In this document: piece after piece, positions 50,182 through 58,542 of the stretch
Layout of the letters: each line of letters begins with the position of its first letter
Numbering within the stretch: position 1 is the first letter of the stretch
Virus record (IMG/VR): IMGVR_UViG_3300020183_005994
Span: 7,362-71,361 of that record
Strand: one strand, 5' to 3'
DNA: 64,000 nt
Source: a virus
Made by a program: the position numbers and the translations under genes
Notes under the pieces: model-generated
Databases searched by the model: none
What the model was told of the DNA's origin: nothing
The model's input: the letters and a program-made list of their open reading frames with translations, nothing else

Positions 50182-51667
50182 AAATATTCTTTATGAAGAT
50201 AACATAGAACAAGAATTAATTTCCGCTTTTATACAATATAGAAACTGGATAGTAAAAAATCCCACTAAATCTAAAGACACTTTACCAGATTTAGAAAAAA
50301 AATTAAAAAATATTGCCCCTTCATTGTCTAATACAGAAATATTAAACATGCTAGAAGGAAAAATTGATCGTCAATTATTTTCTTTTGTAAAAAATATTCT
50401 TACTAGAGATCAGAACGTCAGTAATTTTTCAGATAAATTAGACAATTATGAAATGTCTATTAGTCCCGATGAACAAAACGTTTATCAAGTATATAATAAA
50501 CAAGATCCTGATCCCGGCTTTATGCGCGTTCCAAAAGATGACGAAGCCTATGACCAAGAGGATGTAAGAAAAGATCAAAAAACACTAGTTCGTGAAGAAT
50601 TAAAAAAAATATTTTATGAAGTTATAATTGAAAGTAAATTACAAGACGCTATAAAGATAAACCCAGAGAATAAAGAAGCTTTAAATAAAATAGCATCTGA
50701 ATTAAAAATAAAAGCATCAAAATATCTTTTATGGTCTGCAAAAATATTAAAAAATAATAATATAGATGTGGATGAATTGATAGAATATATAAAAAAGTTT
50801 GAAAAAAATTCACCAAGAATTACTGGTAAAGAAAAAGATATAAATTCTTACTCTTCTTATGAAAATTTTAAAAATGTTATTGATAATTTAGAGCCTTCTG
50901 GTAAAGAAACTAGAAAAACAGAAAAAAGTAATTCTGTAAAACTTTTTGATGATGAAAATTTTCTAGTTATTAGGCCATTAAGCACCGAAGCTTCATGTTA
51001 TTATGGTTCTAATACAAAATGGTGTATTAGCGGCGAAGAAGCTAATAAGTTTAATGATTATACAAGAAATAATGCCAGATTTTACTTTATAATAAATAAA
51101 AAATTGCCAATTTCATCTGAAATGAAAAAAATTGCATATACATTTACTCCTTATATTAATGATGATATGGAGTTAGAAATTTTTGATAGTGAAGATGAAG
51201 AAACATCTAGAAATGACGTTAAAGAAATAATAGGTTCTCATATTGAACAGCAATTTTATGAATTAATGACAAAAGACTTTAAAGAAGGCAAAGGATCCGA
51301 TATAGATTTTAAAGGCAAATTAACAAACTATTGGAATCATTTAGCCAAAATTTTAAATTTATTTTTAATAGGTGATCCGTACACAGCTGAAGATATGGGA
51401 GAAACGCTATTAAAAATTGCTAAAGATTCTGATTTGCAAACCTATATTGGTGAAACAAAAGCAATAATGCAAAAATTAGAAATTATTGCTGATTTTTATA
51501 GTGCCGATGAAAAAGATCCCGGCTCTTATGAAGAAGAAATCGATGATAGCGTAAATGAATTTAAAGATTATATTTTAGAATTATCTGATGATTTGCTTAA
51601 AAAATATGGCTATGAAGCAGAAATATATGATGAATTTAGAAACAAGATTTCATCTTTAACTTCTTAA
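50132..51667 (+). CDS. Putative internal head protein with a PcfJ-like domain
   Basis: Leader MKINKLFLSKIIKEEI; VIRPLSTEASCYYGSNTKWCIS motif. Confidence 0.55.
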   Translation: MKINKLFLSKIIKEEIKNILYEDNIEQELISAFIQYRNWIVKNPTKSKDTLPDLEKKLKNIAPSLSNTEILNMLEGKIDRQLFSFVKNILTRDQNVSNFSDKLDNYEMSISPDEQNVYQVYNKQDPDPGFMRVPKDDEAYDQEDVRKDQKTLVREELKKIFYEVIIESKLQDAIKINPENKEALNKIASELKIKASKYLLWSAKILKNNNIDVDELIEYIKKFEKNSPRITGKEKDINSYSSYENFKNVIDNLEPSGKETRKTEKSNSVKLFDDENFLVIRPLSTEASCYYGSNTKWCISGEEANKFNDYTRNNARFYFIINKKLPISSEMKKIAYTFTPYINDDMELEIFDSEDEETSRNDVKEIIGSHIEQQFYELMTKDFKEGKGSDIDFKGKLTNYWNHLAKILNLFLIGDPYTAEDMGETLLKIAKDSDLQTYIGETKAIMQKLEIIADFYSADEKDPGSYEEEIDDSVNEFKDYILELSDDLLKKYGYEAEIYDEFRNKISSLTS

Positions 51668-51675
51668 ACATTCTC

Positions 51676-51703
51676 TTGACATACAATTATATTTTGCTAA
51701 TAT
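51676..51703 (+). promoter_or_regulatory. Sigma70-type promoter (TTGACA-N16-TAATAT, extended -10 TGn)
   Basis: Perfect -35 at 51676-51681 and TGcTAATAT at 51695-51703, upstream of Mre11-Rad50. Confidence 0.7.
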
Positions 51704-51733
51704 ACCCGTGAGATTTGTCTTAACGGGTATTTT
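51702..51733 (+). terminator. Terminator-like hairpin
   Basis: ATACCCGT-GAGA/TTTG/TCTT-A-ACGGGTAT followed by a short T run. Confidence 0.6.
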
Positions 51734-51766
51734 ACTATCTTGTATAGTATCTTAATTGGAGAGTAA

Positions 51767-54700
51767 ATGAAAATTGCACACATTGCTGATACACATATCA
51801 AAAATTTAAAATATCACGATGAATACCGCGAAGTATTTTTAAAAATTTATGATATTCTCAAGCAAGAAAAAGTAGAATTAATTATTCATTGTGGTGATAT
51901 CGCTCACACCAAAACACAAATCAGCCCAGAGTTTGTTGAAATGGCTGGTGATTTTTTTAGTAATCTTGCTGCTATCGCGCCAACACATATTATTCTTGGT
52001 AATCATGATGTAAATTTAAAGAATGAATCTCGACAAGATTCTATTTCTCCCATTATCAAGGCGCTTAATTTATCAAATCTTTTTCTTCATAAATATTCCG
52101 GCGAAATCTCAATTAACGATTACGTATCCTTGAACGTAATGAGTATAATTGACGAGGACAAATGGATAAGACCAAGTAACGCCGAAAAAATTAATATTGG
52201 TTTGTATCACGGTGCTATTAGTGGTATCACAACAGATACCGGCTATCGTTTAGAAGAAGGCGTGCATCTTGTTGATGTTTATGAAGGACATGATTATGTA
52301 TTCCTTGGCGATATTCACAAGACTAACCAGTTTATAGATAAAGAAGGAAAAGTTCGTTATCCCGGCTCCACTGTTCAGCAAGGATTTGCTGAAACAGATG
52401 ATAAAGGATTCTTAATATGGGATATAAAGGATAAAAATGATTTCACATGCAAACACTACGCTATACCAAATCCTAGACCATATATCAATATTTATTTGGA
52501 CAGCATGGGTAATGTTCCAGATGGTGATATCGTTACTGGTGCTAGAATTCGTGTTATCGCTGACAAAAGTGTATCATTGGATAAAGTCAAAAAAGCTTTG
52601 GAAATAGTAAAAAGTAAATATCAGCCAGAAAGTGTTACATTTGTTAATAAGGCAGTAGTGTCTAAAGATAATACAACTGCTAACACCATTCAGCATGCAG
52701 AAAACTTACGTGATCTTGGTGTGCAAGAAAAGCTTATTCGTGAATATTTGAAAGATTTTAAAGCAGAAGAAGAAGTAATTACTAAAGTATTAGAATTAAA
52801 TAAAAAGTTTTCTTCTGCACTAGAAGAAAGCGAAGATATTTTACGTAATATCAAATGGAAGATTAGAAGCTTAGAATGGGACAATCTTTTTAACTATGGC
52901 GAAGGAAATAAAATTGACTTTGCAACGCTATCTGGCGTTGTTGGTATTTTTGGTAAAAACTATAGTGGCAAATCTTCTGTTGTTGATGGTTTGCTCTATA
53001 CTATTTTTAATACCACTTCTAAAAATAACAGGAAAAACCTTAACATTATTAATCAGAATGCAGAATTGGGTCGTGGTAAAATCGAAATTGATATTGACGG
53101 CGAAAATTATACCATTGAAAGAAAATCAGAAAAGTATTCAAAAAAAAGCAAAGGAGTAGAAACTGTAGAAGCTAAAACTGATGTGCAATTTATAAGCGAT
53201 GCTGCTTCTCTAAACGGCCTTGCCCGTAACGATACTGATAAAAATATCCGTAGATTCTTTGGTACTGTTGATGATTTCTTTTTAACATCAATGGCTAGTC
53301 AATTTGGTTATCTTTCTTTTATTACAGAAGGCTCTACTAAGAGAAAAGAGATACTTGCAAAATTTCTTGATTTAGAAAACTTTGAAAAGAAATTCAAAAT
53401 GGCTAAAGAAGAAGGTGCCGAATTAAAAGTTCTTCTTAAAAAGTTAGAAGGAGTTGATTATAAGCGCGATATCGCCAATGCAGAACTACAATTACAATTG
53501 CTACAAGAACAAATAGATAGTAAAATAATTAATATAAATTCTGAAAAGCAAAAAGTTGTTGACTTAACAGCCAATTTACAAGATTTACAACGCGAGATAG
53601 ATAATATTCCACAAGAATTTATTGACTATGATGATATTAATCATCAATTATCTATTCGTCATGTACAAAAAAAGTCTTTGATTGAAGACAATAATAGTTT
53701 ATTAACAGAAACTACTAAATATTCTGAGTTGATTGCTAAAATCGATGAGTTTATCTCATCAATCGATGAGAGTGAATTGCGTGCAAAAGAACAACAGTTA
53801 GAAGTTTTAAATCAAGAAATTATTAAACTTGAAAAAGTTTTTTCTTCTCTTGAGTTAGAACTAAAAAATACAACACATAAAATGAAGTTACTTGATGGTA
53901 TACCGTGCGGTGATACTTTTCCTAGTTGCAAATTTATCAAAGATGCTTTTGAAAGCAAGAAAAAGCATATTGTTTTATCATCAAATTATGATGATATCGG
54001 TGCTAACTTAAAAAATAAAAATGCTTCTCACAACGCTTTAGATCAAGAAACCGCTGACAAGCGCAATAAAATATCTGAGATAAACAGGAAACGTGCTGTT
54101 ACTCAAGAAAGACTATCTTCTTGTGAGCTAAAGATACAAAAAAATAATAATTCTTTATTGCAACTTGATATAGAACTAAAAGAATATCAAGAAAAAATGA
54201 ATATTTATCTTGCTAACGCCAAAGCAGTAGCAAATTATGAAGATTTAATTCAAACAAGATCAAATATTCGTCAAAATATTGACCAACATAACAAATTAGT
54301 AGGATCTTTAGAATCAGAATGTCTTAATTTACATAAAGAACATGCTTCTGTAGCAGCAAAATGTGAAATATTCCGTCAACAAATGCAAGAATTAGAGCGT
54401 ATTCGTAAAGACTATGCTGCATATGATCTTTTATTAAAGTGCATGCATCCAAATGGTATTTCTTATGAGATTATTAAGAACAAATTACCTGAAATTAATC
54501 AAGAAATAGCCAAAATATTGACAAATATCGTTGATTTCTCTATTTATTTAGAGAATGATGATGATAAATTGGATATTATGATTAAACATCCGCGTTTTGA
54601 TGCTAGGCCACTAGAAATGGGCAGCGGAGCAGAGAAAACTCTTGCCTCTACTGCTATTAGATTGGCTCTTATAAGCGTTACGACCTTGCCAATCCCAGAT

Positions 54701-54892
54701 ATCTTCATAATGGACGAACCGGGAACTGCATTAGATGGCGAAAACCTTGAAGGATTCACAAAGATATTAGAACTAATTAAAGGATATTTCAAGACTGTGA
54801 TATTAATATCGCATTTAGATAGTTTAAAAGACGCAGTGGATAAACAAATCATAATTGAACGTAAAGATGGTTATGCACATATAAACATTTAG
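51767..54892 (+). CDS. Single-chain Mre11-Rad50 (SbcD-SbcC; gp47-gp46) nuclease/ATPase fusion
   Basis: DTH, GD, GNHD and GDIH phosphoesterase motifs; Walker A GKNYSGKSS; coiled coil; GSGAEK signature; IFIMDEP Walker B; ISH H-loop; GGAG RBS. Confidence 0.92.
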   Translation: MKIAHIADTHIKNLKYHDEYREVFLKIYDILKQEKVELIIHCGDIAHTKTQISPEFVEMAGDFFSNLAAIAPTHIILGNHDVNLKNESRQDSISPIIKALNLSNLFLHKYSGEISINDYVSLNVMSIIDEDKWIRPSNAEKINIGLYHGAISGITTDTGYRLEEGVHLVDVYEGHDYVFLGDIHKTNQFIDKEGKVRYPGSTVQQGFAETDDKGFLIWDIKDKNDFTCKHYAIPNPRPYINIYLDSMGNVPDGDIVTGARIRVIADKSVSLDKVKKALEIVKSKYQPESVTFVNKAVVSKDNTTANTIQHAENLRDLGVQEKLIREYLKDFKAEEEVITKVLELNKKFSSALEESEDILRNIKWKIRSLEWDNLFNYGEGNKIDFATLSGVVGIFGKNYSGKSSVVDGLLYTIFNTTSKNNRKNLNIINQNAELGRGKIEIDIDGENYTIERKSEKYSKKSKGVETVEAKTDVQFISDAASLNGLARNDTDKNIRRFFGTVDDFFLTSMASQFGYLSFITEGSTKRKEILAKFLDLENFEKKFKMAKEEGAELKVLLKKLEGVDYKRDIANAELQLQLLQEQIDSKIININSEKQKVVDLTANLQDLQREIDNIPQEFIDYDDINHQLSIRHVQKKSLIEDNNSLLTETTKYSELIAKIDEFISSIDESELRAKEQQLEVLNQEIIKLEKVFSSLELELKNTTHKMKLLDGIPCGDTFPSCKFIKDAFESKKKHIVLSSNYDDIGANLKNKNASHNALDQETADKRNKISEINRKRAVTQERLSSCELKIQKNNNSLLQLDIELKEYQEKMNIYLANAKAVANYEDLIQTRSNIRQNIDQHNKLVGSLESECLNLHKEHASVAAKCEIFRQQMQELERIRKDYAAYDLLLKCMHPNGISYEIIKNKLPEINQEIAKILTNIVDFSIYLENDDDKLDIMIKHPRFDARPLEMGSGAEKTLASTAIRLALISVTTLPIPDIFIMDEPGTALDGENLEGFTKILELIKGYFKTVILISHLDSLKDAVDKQIIIERKDGYAHINI

Positions 54893-54904
54893 GAGGATAT
54901 ATGA

Positions 54905-55165
54905 ATGAGTGTAATAGAAAATGAATTAAAAGAAGTAGAAAAAGACTTAAAAGAAGAAGATAAAAAACCAATTGAAGCAAGAAATGGTATAATAGATGTT
55001 GTAGCGGGTAAATTTATCTCTAGAAAGCTTTTAGTTTGGGTTGTTAGCACAGCTTTATTAGCATTAGGAAAAATAACTCCAGATGAATGGACAGCTATAT
55101 CTCTTGGATATGTAAGTGTTGAAGGTTTTGCTGACATGGCTTTTAAATGGAAAAAGGGTTCATAA
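54905..55165 (+). CDS. Holin-like membrane protein
   Basis: 86 aa, SRKLLVWVVSTALL..., two or three hydrophobic helices, AGGAGG RBS. Confidence 0.55.
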   Translation: MSVIENELKEVEKDLKEEDKKPIEARNGIIDVVAGKFISRKLLVWVVSTALLALGKITPDEWTAISLGYVSVEGFADMAFKWKKGS

Positions 55166-55168
55166 AAA

Positions 55169-55567
55169 ATGCAAAAAATAAAAAATTATTGGAATAAATT
55201 TAAAATTTGGATTGGATTATTTGTTGGTGGAATAATTGTTAGTTATTTAGTGTTAAGAAAACACATAGGTTCTGGGCTAGAAGAGCAAAAAATGCAATAT
55301 GCAAAAGAAGAGGAAGCAAAAAAAGCATCAGTAATAAAATTAGATCAAGAAACTAAAAAGTTAGAAGAAAAGAAACAAGAAGAAGTAAAAGCAGTAGATG
55401 AAGACAAGAAACAAAAGCTCAAAGAAGCTGTAGCAAGAGCAAAAGAAGAAAAAAAGAAGCTTGTAGATGAAGCAAAGCGCGACCCACAAGGTTTTAAGGT
55501 AGATTTGCGTAAAGAGTTAGGAGTTAAAGAAAAGAAAAAGAAAGGTCGTCCCAAGAAAGATGAATAA
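55169..55567 (+). CDS. Membrane-anchored coiled-coil protein (i-spanin-like)
   Basis: N-terminal TM helix followed by a K/E-rich coiled coil. Confidence 0.45.
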   Translation: MQKIKNYWNKFKIWIGLFVGGIIVSYLVLRKHIGSGLEEQKMQYAKEEEAKKASVIKLDQETKKLEEKKQEEVKAVDEDKKQKLKEAVARAKEEKKKLVDEAKRDPQGFKVDLRKELGVKEKKKKGRPKKDE

Positions 55568-56063
55568 TATGAAACCTTTTATATCACTTATTACACTGCT
55601 AGCATTCCTAGCGGTGCGGATTCCTATTGCCTATGCTTTGCCCACTACTGCTGATGCTGGAGTAGAAAGTGTTGCAGAAGATGAATACGAAGAGGGCGAA
55701 TATGTTGTTGTAAAGCAAGGCGAAGAAGCACCTTATGACGGTTTTCTTTTTGATTCTGAGGGGTTGGCTAAAGTAATTGCAAATAAAAACTTTCAATTAG
55801 ATAAATTAAAAATAGAAAAAGATAGTGAAATAGGAAAACTTAATATAGAAATAAAGTATCTTAAAGAACAACAAGTATTAGAACTTAAAATAAATAAAGA
55901 ATTAAGTGATAATATAATAGCTATAAAAGATAATAGAATAAAACATTTAGAAGATAGTAAAAAATGGGATGATGTTAAATTATTTGCTTCAATGATTTTA
56001 GGAATGGCTTTATCAGTAACAATATTTTATGCAGCAGTAAAAATTACAAATGTCAATCAATAA
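55560..56063 (+). CDS. Exported coiled-coil protein with a C-terminal TM helix (spanin-like)
   Basis: Signal-peptide-like N-terminus, APYDGFLF, coiled coil, C-terminal hydrophobic helix. Confidence 0.45.
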   Translation: MNNMKPFISLITLLAFLAVRIPIAYALPTTADAGVESVAEDEYEEGEYVVVKQGEEAPYDGFLFDSEGLAKVIANKNFQLDKLKIEKDSEIGKLNIEIKYLKEQQVLELKINKELSDNIIAIKDNRIKHLEDSKKWDDVKLFASMILGMALSVTIFYAAVKITNVNQ

Positions 56064-56442
56064 AAAAGATCCAAACTATATCGCTGCTTTAGAAAAAGCT
56101 ATAAAAGAAAAATATGGTGAATTAGCTACAATGAATCCAAAAATGTTCTGGGATCCGGAAAAAGAAAAATCTTATATTTCAGAAACTAAACAAGTTTTTA
56201 AAAAAGCTGCAAGTAATGAAGAATCCAGAGAAAAGATTGATCTAGACGGTGTTTTAATACCTAAGAAACTAATTAGTAAAAATGGTAATAAAACCTGTAT
56301 TATTTGTAAAGAATACAGTTTTGATAAAAAAGATGATGTATATCTTAATAAATTTATTAGTTGTTATAAATGTTATATTAAATATATAGAAGATCGTGAA
56401 GAAAGATGGTTGAGTGGATGGCGACCAATAGAGGATAAATAA
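56050..56442 (+). CDS. Zinc-finger hypothetical protein
   Basis: CIIC...CYKC, YIEDREERW. Confidence 0.7.
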   Translation: MSINKKDPNYIAALEKAIKEKYGELATMNPKMFWDPEKEKSYISETKQVFKKAASNEESREKIDLDGVLIPKKLISKNGNKTCIICKEYSFDKKDDVYLNKFISCYKCYIKYIEDREERWLSGWRPIEDK

Positions 56443-56940
56443 ATGGCTAGTATTCTTGAAGTAGTAAATGGTATTTCTCAGGCATTGCATAATAAGCATC
56501 ATGGCGGTGCTCAAATTGGTCTAAAACGCGAAACTGAAGATTTAGTTCAGGGTGTTTCCATATACGATCCAAGAGTAATGGATGGTTTTGGTGTTCAATA
56601 TCAAGGAAATATGTTGATATTGAAATATCATAGCGAAATGCCATTAATTAAAGTTCACGACAAAAATTTTGAAACTGATGTTCGTAAAACTATGAAAGAA
56701 ATTACCAGTTTTATTAAGAGTGAATATAAAAAAGTTACTAAAAAGACATTAAATTTAACTGAACATGGCGATATCAGTATTCTTGTTCAAAGCGCTAATC
56801 GCAGAACTGCTTATGTAAATGCTGTTCAAAATTATGTTATTGATGGAATAGATGGTATAGCAAAAGATGAAAGAAGCAAGCACCAGTTAAATTCTGATAT
56901 CACTAAAGGTTGGTTAATGAACGTTCGTCAACCCAAATAG
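56443..56940 (+). CDS. Hypothetical protein
   Basis: 165 aa, GAGGA RBS, directly upstream of the terminase. Confidence 0.7.
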   Translation: MASILEVVNGISQALHNKHHGGAQIGLKRETEDLVQGVSIYDPRVMDGFGVQYQGNMLILKYHSEMPLIKVHDKNFETDVRKTMKEITSFIKSEYKKVTKKTLNLTEHGDISILVQSANRRTAYVNAVQNYVIDGIDGIAKDERSKHQLNSDITKGWLMNVRQPK

Positions 56941-56957
56941 GATAATTAGGTAATGGT

Positions 56958-58538
56958 ATGGCATATAAATTATCTAAAGAGGAAATTAGAAGTGAAATTT
57001 TAAAGTGCGGAAAAAATCCTGCTTACTTTTTAGATAATTATGCAAAAATTGTTCATCAAGAGCGTGGTTTAATACCTTTTAAAACTTTTGACTTTCAAAA
57101 ACAATTATTAAACGATTTTCATGACCATAGATACAATATTATCTTGAAATCCCGTCAAATGGGCATTTCTACTATTGTTTCTGGTTATGTAACATGGATG
57201 ATACTTTTTCATAAAGAAAAAAATGTGCTTGTTATGGCAACAAAACAAGCAACTGCTATAGAAATAGTAGAAAAAGTTAAAGATATTATTGAATCAGTAC
57301 CAAGTTGGTTAAAAATATCAAGTATAACAGTCAATAATAAAACAAAACTAGAATTAGATAATGGTTCTAAAATTATTGGCACTCCTACTTCTAAAGATGC
57401 TGGTCGTGGTCAAGCATTGTCATTATTAATTGTTGACGAAGCTGCTCACGTAGAAGATATGGATGATTTGTGGACAGGTTTATTACCAACAGTTTCCACT
57501 GGCGGTCGTTGCATAGCATTATCTACTCCAAATGGTGTAGGTAATTGGTTTCATAAGACTTATGTAGACGCAGAATCTGGTAAAAACAATTTTAAACCAA
57601 CCAGTATTCCTTGGCATAAACATCCAGAGTATACTCAAGAATGGTTTGAGCGCATGACTCGTAACATGAGTCAGCGTGATATCGCTCAAGAATATGAATG
57701 TAATTTCAATGCATCAGGTGAAACAGTTCTTGTATCTTCTGATATAGAAAGAATAAAAAATAATATTTATGAACCAAAATATAAAGCTTGGATTGATAGA
57801 AATTATTATATATGGAAAGAAGCAGAAGCCGCTGGTTCTTATTTAATAAGTGCTGACGTTGCGCGTGGCGACGGAAAAGATTTTTCAGTTTTTCATGTAT
57901 TAGATTTAAAAAACATGGAACAGGTAGCAGAGTATCAAGGAAAAATAGATTTAGATAACTTTGCTAAATTATTATTTGATACAGGCAGAGAATACAACAA
58001 TTGTATGTTGGTAGTAGAAAACAATAACGTTGGTTATGCAGTTTTAACAAAATTAATAGATTTAAAATATCCAAATATTTTTTATTCTACAAAAGGTTCT
58101 CATGAATATGTTGATGGAATAAACCATAATATTTATTCTAGTAATACGGTCCCCGGTTTCTCTACCTCAATGAAAACTAGACCTTTAATAATTGCAAAAT
58201 TAGAAGAATATGTAAGAAATAAATCTATAAAAATAAATTCTTTTAGAACTGCTAATGAATTAGATACGTTTGTTTGGGTTAATGGTAGGCCAGAAGCACA
58301 AAAAGGCTATAATGATGATTTAACTATGTCTTTAGCAATAGGTTGCTGGGTAAGAGATACAGCAATTATTAACAACGAAAGAAATTTAGAGTATTCTAAG
58401 GCATTCTTAGGATGTATTATAAAAACTGGCAATTATTTAGATACTTCTGTACGTGCTTTTCAAAATGAAGAAAAAAATAGAAAAATTGAAATTAATAAAC
58501 AAGTATATAAAGATTTTGGTTGGATTATAAAAGGATAA
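56958..58538 (+). CDS. terL: Terminase large subunit (T4 gp17-like)
   Basis: KSRQMGIST, LLIVDEAAH Walker B, LSTPNG, QEYECNF, ADVARG..KDFS, VENN, DDLTMS. Confidence 0.95.
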   Translation: MAYKLSKEEIRSEILKCGKNPAYFLDNYAKIVHQERGLIPFKTFDFQKQLLNDFHDHRYNIILKSRQMGISTIVSGYVTWMILFHKEKNVLVMATKQATAIEIVEKVKDIIESVPSWLKISSITVNNKTKLELDNGSKIIGTPTSKDAGRGQALSLLIVDEAAHVEDMDDLWTGLLPTVSTGGRCIALSTPNGVGNWFHKTYVDAESGKNNFKPTSIPWHKHPEYTQEWFERMTRNMSQRDIAQEYECNFNASGETVLVSSDIERIKNNIYEPKYKAWIDRNYYIWKEAEAAGSYLISADVARGDGKDFSVFHVLDLKNMEQVAEYQGKIDLDNFAKLLFDTGREYNNCMLVVENNNVGYAVLTKLIDLKYPNIFYSTKGSHEYVDGINHNIYSSNTVPGFSTSMKTRPLIIAKLEEYVRNKSIKINSFRTANELDTFVWVNGRPEAQKGYNDDLTMSLAIGCWVRDTAIINNERNLEYSKAFLGCIIKTGNYLDTSVRAFQNEEKNRKIEINKQVYKDFGWIIKG

Positions 58539-58542
58539 TAAC

